41,604 nt of DNA from Chiloscyllium plagiosum (taxonomy: Eukaryota), in NCBI RefSeq assembly GCF_004010195.1, contig NW_025214621.1:1-41604 (forward strand), in the 5' to 3' direction. Of the stretch, positions 1-12,925 are shown in pieces; within the stretch, counting starts at the first letter, position 1; each line of letters opens with the position of its first letter. The notes under the pieces are model-generated. The model was given only the letters and a program-made list of their open reading frames with translations, had not been told where the DNA came from and did no database searches. Position numbers and translations under genes: made by a program.

Positions 1-209
1 GGAGACAAAGGCAGGTGAAATAGGAAAATAGATTAGAGATAGGGGTACAAATTGTTTTTTATAACACTGCAAAAGTCATCTGGAGATGATGCAAAACACG
101 CATGCATCAAGAGAAACCAAATGTTATTCAGAAGCGATGGTACGCAGCAAATATTTTCAATTTACAACAGTCACTTATTGTGTGTTCTTCTGGTTGGAAG
201 CATAAACAG

Positions 210-528
210 TGTTACGGATCTAGCCAGATCCCCTCAAAATATTTCAAGTAGCCTGGACTCTAACTTTGCTAGCTGTTTTAAGCAGGTGTAAAATGGATAT
301 TCCAGGAGAGATGCAGCTGAACCAACCACTTAGTTTTAAACAAAACAGAATTTATTTGCAAAATTACCAAATGAAACACAAACAAAAGAGAACAGAATTT
401 AGAATAACGTAACCTATCCAAAAACCCAACAGTTTATCCCAACTTAATGATACTGTCCCAAATTTCTGCAACAATCCCCATAAACACCATTTGGCAAAAA
501 AGTAAAAATCAAACACAGGTCTTACAGG
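210..528 (-). mobile_element. Partial solo-LTR-like element (3' part, reverse orientation) running into the GA array
   Basis: Starts TGT at 210. 210-306 (tgttacggatctagccagatcccctcaaaat...tagcctggactctaac) aligns with the reverse complement of the terminus of the LTR-like element ending at 18101. The reverse complement of 440-528 (tgtaagacctgtgtttgatttttacttttttgcc) matches 13548-13630. Confidence 0.65.
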
Positions 529-3500
529 AGAGCGAGAGCGAGAGGGAGAGGGAGAGCGCGCGCGCGCGAGAGACAGCGAGAGACAGAGAGCGCGCGAGAG
601 ACGAGAGAGAGAGCGCAAAAGCGCGAGAGCGAGAGAGAGAGCGAGAGACAGAGAGCGCGCGAGAGACGAGAGAGAGAGCGCAAAAGCGCGAGAGCGAGCG
701 AGAGAGAGCGAGCGAGAGAGAGCGCGCGAGAGAGAGCGCGAGAGACAGAGAGCGCGCGAGAGACGAGAGAGAGAGCGCAAAAGCGCGAGAGCGAGCGAGA
801 GAGAGCGAGCGAGAGAGAGCGCGCGAGAGAGAGCGCGAGAGACAGAGAGCGCGCGAGAGACGAGAGAGAGAGCGCAAAAGCGCGAGAGCGAGCGAGAGAG
901 AGCGAGCGAGAGAGAGCGCGCGAGAGAGAGCGCGAGAGACAGAGAGCGCGCGAGAGAGAGCGAGAGACAGAGAGCGCGCGAGAGACGAGAGAGAGAGCGC
1001 AAAAGCGCGAGAGCGAGCGAGAGAGAGCGAGCGAGAGAGAGCGCGCGAGAGAGAGCGCGAGAGACAGAGAGCGCGCGAGAGACGAGAGAGAGAGCGCAAA
1101 AGCGCGAGAGCGAGAGAGAGAGCGAGAGACAGAGAGCGCGCGAGAGACGAGAGAGAGAGCGCAAAAGCGCGAGAGCGAGAGAGAGAGCGAGAGACAGAGA
1201 GCGCGCGAGAGACGAGAGAGAGAGCGCAAAAGCGCGAGAGCGAGAGAGAGAGCGAGAGACAGAGAGCGCGCGAGAGACGAGAGAGAGAGCGCAAAAGCGC
1301 GAGAGCGAGAGAGAGAGCGAGAGACAGAGAGCGCGCGAGAGACGAGAGAGAGAGCGCAAAAGCGCGAGAGCGAGAGAGAGAGCGAGAGACAGAGAGCGCG
1401 CGAGAGACGAGAGAGAGAGCGCAAAAGCGCGAGAGCGAGAGAGAGAGCGAGAGACAGAGAGCGCGCGAGAGACGAGAGAGAGAGCGCAAAAGCGCGAGAG
1501 CGAGAGAGAGAGCGAGAGACAGAGAGCGCGCGAGAGACGAGAGAGAGAGCGCAAAAGCGCGAGAGCGAGAGAGAGAGCGAGAGACAGAGAGCGCGCGAGA
1601 GACGAGAGAGAGAGCGCAAAAGCGCGAGAGCGAGAGAGAGAGCGAGAGACAGAGAGCGCGCGAGAGACGAGAGAGAGAGCGCAAAAGCGCGAGAGCGAGA
1701 GAGAGAGCGAGAGACAGAGAGCGCGCGAGAGACGAGAGAGAGAGCGCAAAAGCGCGAGAGCGAGAGAGAGAGCGAGAGACAGAGAGCGCGCGAGAGACGA
1801 GAGAGAGAGCGCAAAAGCGCGAGAGCGAGAGAGAGAGCGAGAGACAGAGAGCGCGCGAGAGACGAGAGAGAGAGCGCAAAAGCGCGAGAGCGAGAGAGAG
1901 AGCGAGAGACAGAGAGCGCGCGAGAGACGAGAGAGAGAGCGCAAAAGCGCGAGAGCGAGAGAGAGAGCGAGAGACAGAGAGCGCGCGAGAGACGAGAGAG
2001 AGAGCGCAAAAGCGCGAGAGCGAGAGAGAGAGCGAGAGACAGAGAGCGCGCGAGAGACGAGAGAGAGAGCGCAAAAGCGCGAGAGCGAGAGAGAGAGCGA
2101 GAGACAGAGAGCGCGCGAGAGACGAGAGAGAGAGCGCAAAAGCGCGAGAGCGAGAGAGAGAGCGAGAGACAGAGAGCGCGCGAGAGACGAGAGAGAGAGC
2201 GCAAAAGCGCGAGAGCGAGAGAGAGAGCGAGAGACAGAGAGCGCGCGAGAGACGAGAGAGAGAGCGCAAAAGCGCGAGAGCGAGAGAGAGAGCGAGAGAC
2301 AGAGAGCGCGCGAGAGACGAGAGAGAGAGCGCAAAAGCGCGAGAGCGAGAGAGAGAGCGAGAGACAGAGAGCGCGCGAGAGACGAGAGAGAGAGCGCAAA
2401 AGCGCGAGAGCGAGAGAGAGAGCGAGAGACAGAGAGCGCGCGAGAGACGAGAGAGAGAGCGCAAAAGCGCGAGAGCGAGAGAGAGAGCGAGAGACAGAGA
2501 GCGCGCGAGAGACGAGAGAGAGAGCGCAAAAGCGCGAGAGCGAGAGAGAGAGCGAGAGACAGAGAGCGCGCGAGAGACGAGAGAGAGAGCGCAAAAGCGC
2601 GAGAGCGAGAGAGAGAGCGAGAGACAGAGAGCGCGCGAGAGACGAGAGAGAGAGCGCAAAAGCGCGAGAGCGAGAGAGAGAGCGAGAGACAGAGAGCGCG
2701 CGAGAGACGAGAGAGAGAGCGCAAAAGCGCGAGAGCGAGAGAGAGAGCGAGAGACAGAGAGCGCGCGAGAGACGAGAGAGAGAGCGCAAAAGCGCGAGAG
2801 CGAGAGAGAGAGCGAGAGACAGAGAGCGCGCGAGAGACGAGAGAGAGAGCGCAAAAGCGCGAGAGCGAGAGAGAGAGCGAGAGACAGAGAGCGCGCGAGA
2901 GACGAGAGAGAGAGCGCAAAAGCGCGAGAGCGAGAGAGAGAGCGAGAGACAGAGAGCGCGCGAGAGACGAGAGAGAGAGCGCAAAAGCGCGAGAGCGAGA
3001 GAGAGAGCGAGAGACAGAGAGCGCGCGAGAGACGAGAGAGAGAGCGCAAAAGCGCGAGAGCGAGAGAGAGAGCGAGAGACAGAGAGCGCGCGAGAGACGA
3101 GAGAGAGAGCGCAAAAGCGCGAGAGCGAGAGAGAGAGCGAGAGACAGAGAGCGCGCGAGAGACGAGAGAGAGAGCGCAAAAGCGCGAGAGCGAGAGAGAG
3201 AGCGAGAGACAGAGAGCGCGCGAGAGACGAGAGAGAGAGCGCAAAAGCGCGAGAGCGAGAGAGAGAGCGAGAGACAGAGAGCGCGCGAGAGACGAGAGAG
3301 AGAGCGCAAAAGCGCGAGAGCGAGAGAGAGAGCGAGAGACAGAGAGCGCGCGAGAGACGAGAGAGAGAGCGCAAAAGCGCGAGAGCGAGAGAGAGAGCGA
3401 GAGACAGAGAGCGCGCGAGAGACGAGAGAGAGAGCGCAAAAGCGCGAGAGCGAGAGAGAGAGCGAGAGACAGAGAGCGCGCGAGAGACGAGAGAGAGAGC

Positions 3501-6500
3501 GCAAAAGCGCGAGAGCGAGAGAGAGAGCGAGAGACAGAGAGCGCGCGAGAGACGAGAGAGAGAGCGCAAAAGCGCGAGAGCGAGAGAGAGAGCGAGAGAC
3601 AGAGAGCGCGCGAGAGACGAGAGAGAGAGCGCAAAAGCGCGAGAGCGAGAGAGAGAGCGAGAGACAGAGAGCGCGCGAGAGACGAGAGAGAGAGCGCAAA
3701 AGCGCGAGAGCGAGAGAGAGAGCGAGAGACAGAGAGCGCGCGAGAGACGAGAGAGAGAGCGCAAAAGCGCGAGAGCGAGAGAGAGAGCGAGAGACAGAGA
3801 GCGCGCGAGAGACGAGAGAGAGAGCGCAAAAGCGCGAGAGCGAGAGAGAGAGCGAGAGACAGAGAGCGCGCGAGAGACGAGAGAGAGAGCGCAAAAGCGC
3901 GAGAGCGAGAGAGAGAGCGAGAGACAGAGAGCGCGCGAGAGACGAGAGAGAGAGCGCAAAAGCGCGAGAGCGAGAGAGAGAGCGAGAGACAGAGAGCGCG
4001 CGAGAGACGAGAGAGAGAGCGCAAAAGCGCGAGAGCGAGAGAGAGAGCGAGAGACAGAGAGCGCGCGAGAGACGAGAGAGAGAGCGCAAAAGCGCGAGAG
4101 CGAGAGAGAGAGCGAGAGACAGAGAGCGCGCGAGAGACGAGAGAGAGAGCGCAAAAGCGCGAGAGCGAGAGAGAGAGCGAGAGACAGAGAGCGCGCGAGA
4201 GACGAGAGAGAGAGCGCAAAAGCGCGAGAGCGAGAGAGAGAGCGAGAGACAGAGAGCGCGCGAGAGACGAGAGAGAGAGCGCAAAAGCGCGAGAGCGAGA
4301 GAGAGAGCGAGAGACAGAGAGCGCGCGAGAGACGAGAGAGAGAGCGCAAAAGCGCGAGAGCGAGAGAGAGAGCGAGAGACAGAGAGCGCGCGAGAGACGA
4401 GAGAGAGAGCGCAAAAGCGCGAGAGCGAGAGAGAGAGCGAGAGACAGAGAGCGCGCGAGAGACGAGAGAGAGAGCGCAAAAGCGCGAGAGCGAGAGAGAG
4501 AGCGAGAGACAGAGAGCGCGCGAGAGACGAGAGAGAGAGCGCAAAAGCGCGAGAGCGAGAGAGAGAGCGAGAGACAGAGAGCGCGCGAGAGACGAGAGAG
4601 AGAGCGCAAAAGCGCGAGAGCGAGAGAGAGAGCGAGAGACAGAGAGCGCGCGAGAGACGAGAGAGAGAGCGCAAAAGCGCGAGAGCGAGAGAGAGAGCGA
4701 GAGACAGAGAGCGCGCGAGAGACGAGAGAGAGAGCGCAAAAGCGCGAGAGCGAGAGAGAGAGCGAGAGACAGAGAGCGCGCGAGAGACGAGAGAGAGAGC
4801 GCAAAAGCGCGAGAGCGAGAGAGAGAGCGAGAGACAGAGAGCGCGCGAGAGACGAGAGAGAGAGCGCAAAAGCGCGAGAGCGAGAGAGAGAGCGAGAGAC
4901 AGAGAGCGCGCGAGAGACGAGAGAGAGAGCGCAAAAGCGCGAGAGCGAGAGAGAGAGCGAGAGACAGAGAGCGCGCGAGAGACGAGAGAGAGAGCGCAAA
5001 AGCGCGAGAGCGAGAGAGAGAGCGAGAGACAGAGAGCGCGCGAGAGACGAGAGAGAGAGCGCAAAAGCGCGAGAGCGAGAGAGAGAGCGAGAGACAGAGA
5101 GCGCGCGAGAGACGAGAGAGAGAGCGCAAAAGCGCGAGAGCGAGAGAGAGAGCGAGAGACAGAGAGCGCGCGAGAGACGAGAGAGAGAGCGCAAAAGCGC
5201 GAGAGCGAGAGAGAGAGCGAGAGACAGAGAGCGCGCGAGAGACGAGAGAGAGAGCGCAAAAGCGCGAGAGCGAGAGAGAGAGCGAGAGACAGAGAGCGCG
5301 CGAGAGACGAGAGAGAGAGCGCAAAAGCGCGAGAGCGAGAGAGAGAGCGAGAGACAGAGAGCGCGCGAGAGACGAGAGAGAGAGCGCAAAAGCGCGAGAG
5401 CGAGAGAGAGAGCGAGAGACAGAGAGCGCGCGAGAGACGAGAGAGAGAGCGCAAAAGCGCGAGAGCGAGAGAGAGAGCGAGAGACAGAGAGCGCGCGAGA
5501 GACGAGAGAGAGAGCGCAAAAGCGCGAGAGCGAGAGAGAGAGCGAGAGACAGAGAGCGCGCGAGAGACGAGAGAGAGAGCGCAAAAGCGCGAGAGCGAGA
5601 GAGAGAGCGAGAGACAGAGAGCGCGCGAGAGACGAGAGAGAGAGCGCAAAAGCGCGAGAGCGAGAGAGAGAGCGAGAGACAGAGAGCGCGCGAGAGACGA
5701 GAGAGAGAGCGCAAAAGCGCGAGAGCGAGAGAGAGAGCGAGAGACAGAGAGCGCGCGAGAGACGAGAGAGAGAGCGCAAAAGCGCGAGAGCGAGAGAGAG
5801 AGCGAGAGACAGAGAGCGCGCGAGAGACGAGAGAGAGAGCGCAAAAGCGCGAGAGCGAGAGAGAGAGCGAGAGACAGAGAGCGCGCGAGAGACGAGAGAG
5901 AGAGCGCAAAAGCGCGAGAGCGAGAGAGAGAGCGAGAGACAGAGAGCGCGCGAGAGACGAGAGAGAGAGCGCAAAAGCGCGAGAGCGAGAGAGAGAGCGA
6001 GAGACAGAGAGCGCGCGAGAGACGAGAGAGAGAGCGCAAAAGCGCGAGAGCGAGAGAGAGAGCGAGAGACAGAGAGCGCGCGAGAGACGAGAGAGAGAGC
6101 GCAAAAGCGCGAGAGCGAGAGAGAGAGCGAGAGACAGAGAGCGCGCGAGAGACGAGAGAGAGAGCGCAAAAGCGCGAGAGCGAGAGAGAGAGCGAGAGAC
6201 AGAGAGCGCGCGAGAGACGAGAGAGAGAGCGCAAAAGCGCGAGAGCGAGAGAGAGAGCGAGAGACAGAGAGCGCGCGAGAGACGAGAGAGAGAGCGCAAA
6301 AGCGCGAGAGCGAGAGAGAGAGCGAGAGACAGAGAGCGCGCGAGAGACGAGAGAGAGAGCGCAAAAGCGCGAGAGCGAGAGAGAGAGCGAGAGACAGAGA
6401 GCGCGCGAGAGACGAGAGAGAGAGCGCAAAAGCGCGAGAGCGAGAGAGAGAGCGAGAGACAGAGAGCGCGCGAGAGACGAGAGAGAGAGCGCAAAAGCGC

Positions 6501-9500
6501 GAGAGCGAGAGAGAGAGCGAGAGACAGAGAGCGCGCGAGAGACGAGAGAGAGAGCGCAAAAGCGCGAGAGCGAGAGAGAGAGCGAGAGACAGAGAGCGCG
6601 CGAGAGACGAGAGAGAGAGCGCAAAAGCGCGAGAGCGAGAGAGAGAGCGAGAGACAGAGAGCGCGCGAGAGACGAGAGAGAGAGCGCAAAAGCGCGAGAG
6701 CGAGAGAGAGAGCGAGAGACAGAGAGCGCGCGAGAGACGAGAGAGAGAGCGCAAAAGCGCGAGAGCGAGAGAGAGAGCGAGAGACAGAGAGCGCGCGAGA
6801 GACGAGAGAGAGAGCGCAAAAGCGCGAGAGCGAGAGAGAGAGCGAGAGACAGAGAGCGCGCGAGAGACGAGAGAGAGAGCGCAAAAGCGCGAGAGCGAGA
6901 GAGAGAGCGAGAGACAGAGAGCGCGCGAGAGACGAGAGAGAGAGCGCAAAAGCGCGAGAGCGAGAGAGAGAGCGAGAGACAGAGAGCGCGCGAGAGACGA
7001 GAGAGAGAGCGCAAAAGCGCGAGAGCGAGAGAGAGAGCGAGAGACAGAGAGCGCGCGAGAGACGAGAGAGAGAGCGCAAAAGCGCGAGAGCGAGAGAGAG
7101 AGCGAGAGACAGAGAGCGCGCGAGAGACGAGAGAGAGAGCGCAAAAGCGCGAGAGCGAGAGAGAGAGCGAGAGACAGAGAGCGCGCGAGAGACGAGAGAG
7201 AGAGCGCAAAAGCGCGAGAGCGAGAGAGAGAGCGAGAGACAGAGAGCGCGCGAGAGACGAGAGAGAGAGCGCAAAAGCGCGAGAGCGAGAGAGAGAGCGA
7301 GAGACAGAGAGCGCGCGAGAGACGAGAGAGAGAGCGCAAAAGCGCGAGAGCGAGAGAGAGAGCGAGAGACAGAGAGCGCGCGAGAGACGAGAGAGAGAGC
7401 GCAAAAGCGCGAGAGCGAGAGAGAGAGCGAGAGACAGAGAGCGCGCGAGAGACGAGAGAGAGAGCGCAAAAGCGCGAGAGCGAGAGAGAGAGCGAGAGAC
7501 AGAGAGCGCGCGAGAGACGAGAGAGAGAGCGCAAAAGCGCGAGAGCGAGAGAGAGAGCGAGAGACAGAGAGCGCGCGAGAGACGAGAGAGAGAGCGCAAA
7601 AGCGCGAGAGCGAGAGAGAGAGCGAGAGACAGAGAGCGCGCGAGAGACGAGAGAGAGAGCGCAAAAGCGCGAGAGCGAGAGAGAGAGCGAGAGACAGAGA
7701 GCGCGCGAGAGACGAGAGAGAGAGCGCAAAAGCGCGAGAGCGAGAGAGAGAGCGAGAGACAGAGAGCGCGCGAGAGACGAGAGAGAGAGCGCAAAAGCGC
7801 GAGAGCGAGAGAGAGAGCGAGAGACAGAGAGCGCGCGAGAGACGAGAGAGAGAGCGCAAAAGCGCGAGAGCGAGAGAGAGAGCGAGAGACAGAGAGCGCG
7901 CGAGAGACGAGAGAGAGAGCGCAAAAGCGCGAGAGCGAGAGAGAGAGCGAGAGACAGAGAGCGCGCGAGAGACGAGAGAGAGAGCGCAAAAGCGCGAGAG
8001 CGAGAGAGAGAGCGAGAGACAGAGAGCGCGCGAGAGACGAGAGAGAGAGCGCAAAAGCGCGAGAGCGAGAGAGAGAGCGAGAGACAGAGAGCGCGCGAGA
8101 GACGAGAGAGAGAGCGCAAAAGCGCGAGAGCGAGAGAGAGAGCGAGAGACAGAGAGCGCGCGAGAGACGAGAGAGAGAGCGCAAAAGCGCGAGAGCGAGA
8201 GAGAGAGCGAGAGACAGAGAGCGCGCGAGAGACGAGAGAGAGAGCGCAAAAGCGCGAGAGCGAGAGAGAGAGCGAGAGACAGAGAGCGCGCGAGAGACGA
8301 GAGAGAGAGCGCAAAAGCGCGAGAGCGAGAGAGAGAGCGAGAGACAGAGAGCGCGCGAGAGACGAGAGAGAGAGCGCAAAAGCGCGAGAGCGAGAGAGAG
8401 AGCGAGAGACAGAGAGCGCGCGAGAGACGAGAGAGAGAGCGCAAAAGCGCGAGAGCGAGAGAGAGAGCGAGAGACAGAGAGCGCGCGAGAGACGAGAGAG
8501 AGAGCGCAAAAGCGCGAGAGCGAGAGAGAGAGCGAGAGACAGAGAGCGCGCGAGAGACGAGAGAGAGAGCGCAAAAGCGCGAGAGCGAGAGAGAGAGCGA
8601 GAGACAGAGAGCGCGCGAGAGACGAGAGAGAGAGCGCAAAAGCGCGAGAGCGAGAGAGAGAGCGAGAGACAGAGAGCGCGCGAGAGACGAGAGAGAGAGC
8701 GCAAAAGCGCGAGAGCGAGAGAGAGAGCGAGAGACAGAGAGCGCGCGAGAGACGAGAGAGAGAGCGCAAAAGCGCGAGAGCGAGAGAGAGAGCGAGAGAC
8801 AGAGAGCGCGCGAGAGACGAGAGAGAGAGCGCAAAAGCGCGAGAGCGAGAGAGAGAGCGAGAGACAGAGAGCGCGCGAGAGACGAGAGAGAGAGCGCAAA
8901 AGCGCGAGAGCGAGAGAGAGAGCGAGAGACAGAGAGCGCGCGAGAGACGAGAGAGAGAGCGCAAAAGCGCGAGAGCGAGAGAGAGAGCGAGAGACAGAGA
9001 GCGCGCGAGAGACGAGAGAGAGAGCGCAAAAGCGCGAGAGCGAGAGAGAGAGCGAGAGACAGAGAGCGCGCGAGAGACGAGAGAGAGAGCGCAAAAGCGC
9101 GAGAGCGAGAGAGAGAGCGAGAGACAGAGAGCGCGCGAGAGACGAGAGAGAGAGCGCAAAAGCGCGAGAGCGAGAGAGAGAGCGAGAGACAGAGAGCGCG
9201 CGAGAGACGAGAGAGAGAGCGCAAAAGCGCGAGAGCGAGAGAGAGAGCGAGAGACAGAGAGCGCGCGAGAGACGAGAGAGAGAGCGCAAAAGCGCGAGAG
9301 CGAGAGAGAGAGCGAGAGACAGAGAGCGCGCGAGAGACGAGAGAGAGAGCGCAAAAGCGCGAGAGCGAGAGAGAGAGCGAGAGACAGAGAGCGCGCGAGA
9401 GACGAGAGAGAGAGCGCAAAAGCGCGAGAGCGAGAGAGAGAGCGAGAGACAGAGAGCGCGCGAGAGACGAGAGAGAGAGCGCAAAAGCGCGAGAGCGAGA

Positions 9501-12500
9501 GAGAGAGCGAGAGACAGAGAGCGCGCGAGAGACGAGAGAGAGAGCGCAAAAGCGCGAGAGCGAGAGAGAGAGCGAGAGACAGAGAGCGCGCGAGAGACGA
9601 GAGAGAGAGCGCAAAAGCGCGAGAGCGAGAGAGAGAGCGAGAGACAGAGAGCGCGCGAGAGACGAGAGAGAGAGCGCAAAAGCGCGAGAGCGAGAGAGAG
9701 AGCGAGAGACAGAGAGCGCGCGAGAGACGAGAGAGAGAGCGCAAAAGCGCGAGAGCGAGAGAGAGAGCGAGAGACAGAGAGCGCGCGAGAGACGAGAGAG
9801 AGAGCGCAAAAGCGCGAGAGCGAGAGAGAGAGCGAGAGACAGAGAGCGCGCGAGAGACGAGAGAGAGAGCGCAAAAGCGCGAGAGCGAGAGAGAGAGCGA
9901 GAGACAGAGAGCGCGCGAGAGACGAGAGAGAGAGCGCAAAAGCGCGAGAGCGAGAGAGAGAGCGAGAGACAGAGAGCGCGCGAGAGACGAGAGAGAGAGC
10001 GCAAAAGCGCGAGAGCGAGAGAGAGAGCGAGAGACAGAGAGCGCGCGAGAGACGAGAGAGAGAGCGCAAAAGCGCGAGAGCGAGAGAGAGAGCGAGAGAC
10101 AGAGAGCGCGCGAGAGACGAGAGAGAGAGCGCAAAAGCGCGAGAGCGAGAGAGAGAGCGAGAGACAGAGAGCGCGCGAGAGACGAGAGAGAGAGCGCAAA
10201 AGCGCGAGAGCGAGAGAGAGAGCGAGAGACAGAGAGCGCGCGAGAGACGAGAGAGAGAGCGCAAAAGCGCGAGAGCGAGAGAGAGAGCGAGAGACAGAGA
10301 GCGCGCGAGAGACGAGAGAGAGAGCGCAAAAGCGCGAGAGCGAGAGAGAGAGCGAGAGACAGAGAGCGCGCGAGAGACGAGAGAGAGAGCGCAAAAGCGC
10401 GAGAGCGAGAGAGAGAGCGAGAGACAGAGAGCGCGCGAGAGACGAGAGAGAGAGCGCAAAAGCGCGAGAGCGAGAGAGAGAGCGAGAGACAGAGAGCGCG
10501 CGAGAGACGAGAGAGAGAGCGCAAAAGCGCGAGAGCGAGAGAGAGAGCGAGAGACAGAGAGCGCGCGAGAGACGAGAGAGAGAGCGCAAAAGCGCGAGAG
10601 CGAGAGAGAGAGCGAGAGACAGAGAGCGCGCGAGAGACGAGAGAGAGAGCGCAAAAGCGCGAGAGCGAGAGAGAGAGCGAGAGACAGAGAGCGCGCGAGA
10701 GACGAGAGAGAGAGCGCAAAAGCGCGAGAGCGAGAGAGAGAGCGAGAGACAGAGAGCGCGCGAGAGACGAGAGAGAGAGCGCAAAAGCGCGAGAGCGAGA
10801 GAGAGAGCGAGAGACAGAGAGCGCGCGAGAGACGAGAGAGAGAGCGCAAAAGCGCGAGAGCGAGAGAGAGAGCGAGAGACAGAGAGCGCGCGAGAGACGA
10901 GAGAGAGAGCGCAAAAGCGCGAGAGCGAGAGAGAGAGCGAGAGACAGAGAGCGCGCGAGAGACGAGAGAGAGAGCGCAAAAGCGCGAGAGCGAGAGAGAG
11001 AGCGAGAGACAGAGAGCGCGCGAGAGACGAGAGAGAGAGCGCAAAAGCGCGAGAGCGAGAGAGAGAGCGAGAGACAGAGAGCGCGCGAGAGACGAGAGAG
11101 AGAGCGCAAAAGCGCGAGAGCGAGAGAGAGAGCGAGAGACAGAGAGCGCGCGAGAGACGAGAGAGAGAGCGCAAAAGCGCGAGAGCGAGAGAGAGAGCGA
11201 GAGACAGAGAGCGCGCGAGAGACGAGAGAGAGAGCGCAAAAGCGCGAGAGCGAGAGAGAGAGCGAGAGACAGAGAGCGCGCGAGAGACGAGAGAGAGAGC
11301 GCAAAAGCGCGAGAGCGAGAGAGAGAGCGAGAGACAGAGAGCGCGCGAGAGACGAGAGAGAGAGCGCAAAAGCGCGAGAGCGAGAGAGAGAGCGAGAGAC
11401 AGAGAGCGCGCGAGAGACGAGAGAGAGAGCGCAAAAGCGCGAGAGCGAGAGAGAGAGCGAGAGACAGAGAGCGCGCGAGAGACGAGAGAGAGAGCGCAAA
11501 AGCGCGAGAGCGAGAGAGAGAGCGAGAGACAGAGAGCGCGCGAGAGACGAGAGAGAGAGCGCAAAAGCGCGAGAGCGAGAGAGAGAGCGAGAGACAGAGA
11601 GCGCGCGAGAGACGAGAGAGAGAGCGCAAAAGCGCGAGAGCGAGAGAGAGAGCGAGAGACAGAGAGCGCGCGAGAGACGAGAGAGAGAGCGCAAAAGCGC
11701 GAGAGCGAGAGAGAGAGCGAGAGACAGAGAGCGCGCGAGAGACGAGAGAGAGAGCGCAAAAGCGCGAGAGCGAGAGAGAGAGCGAGAGACAGAGAGCGCG
11801 CGAGAGACGAGAGAGAGAGCGCAAAAGCGCGAGAGCGAGAGAGAGAGCGAGAGACAGAGAGCGCGCGAGAGACGAGAGAGAGAGCGCAAAAGCGCGAGAG
11901 CGAGAGAGAGAGCGAGAGACAGAGAGCGCGCGAGAGACGAGAGAGAGAGCGCAAAAGCGCGAGAGCGAGAGAGAGAGCGAGAGACAGAGAGCGCGCGAGA
12001 GACGAGAGAGAGAGCGCAAAAGCGCGAGAGCGAGAGAGAGAGCGAGAGACAGAGAGCGCGCGAGAGACGAGAGAGAGAGCGCAAAAGCGCGAGAGCGAGA
12101 GAGAGAGCGAGAGACAGAGAGCGCGCGAGAGACGAGAGAGAGAGCGCAAAAGCGCGAGAGCGAGAGAGAGAGCGAGAGACAGAGAGCGCGCGAGAGACGA
12201 GAGAGAGAGCGCAAAAGCGCGAGAGCGAGAGAGAGAGCGAGAGACAGAGAGCGCGCGAGAGACGAGAGAGAGAGCGCAAAAGCGCGAGAGCGAGAGAGAG
12301 AGCGAGAGACAGAGAGCGCGCGAGAGACGAGAGAGAGAGCGCAAAAGCGCGAGAGCGAGAGAGAGAGCGAGAGACAGAGAGCGCGCGAGAGACGAGAGAG
12401 AGAGCGCAAAAGCGCGAGAGCGAGAGAGAGAGCGAGAGACAGAGAGCGCGCGAGAGACGAGAGAGAGAGCGCAAAAGCGCGAGAGCGAGAGAGAGAGCGA

Positions 12501-12925
12501 GAGACAGAGAGCGCGCGAGAGACGAGAGAGAGAGCGCAAAAGCGCGAGAGCGAGAGAGAGAGCGAGAGACAGAGAGCGCGCGAGAGACGAGAGAGAGAGC
12601 GCAAAAGCGCGAGAGCGAGAGAGAGAGCGAGAGACAGAGAGCGCGCGAGAGACGAGAGAGAGAGCGCAAAAGCGCGAGAGCGAGAGAGAGAGCGAGAGAC
12701 AGAGAGCGCGCGAGAGACGAGAGAGAGAGCGCAAAAGCGCGAGAGCGAGAGAGAGAGCGAGAGACAGAGAGCGCGCGAGAGACGAGAGAGAGAGCGCAAA
12801 AGCGCGAGAGCGAGAGAGAGAGCGAGAGACAGAGAGCGCGCGAGAGACGAGAGAGAGAGCGCAAAAGCGCGAGAGCGAGAGAGAGAGCGAGAGACAGAGA
12901 GCGCGCGAGAGACGAGAGAGAGAGC
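529..12925. repeat. Giant GA/GC-rich tandem array with a 65-bp unit; 182 apparently identical copies at 1096-12925, preceded by variant units of 65, 97, 97, 125 and 97 bp
   Basis: Unit gcaaaagcgcgagagcgagagagagagcgagagacagagagcgcgcgagagacgagagagagagc. The marker gcaaaa occurs at 615, 680, 777, 874, 999, 1096 and then every 65 bp to 12861. No T on the + strand. Confidence 0.97.

Noticed and set aside
52..291. ORF containing 'SDGT', reminiscent of the upstream ADAM prodomain exon
   Set aside because: No suitable flanking acceptor and donor, no other conserved residues, and it runs into an LTR-like repeat.
529..12925. CRISPR-like array
   Set aside because: Units are contiguous and identical with no unique spacers, and the context is vertebrate.
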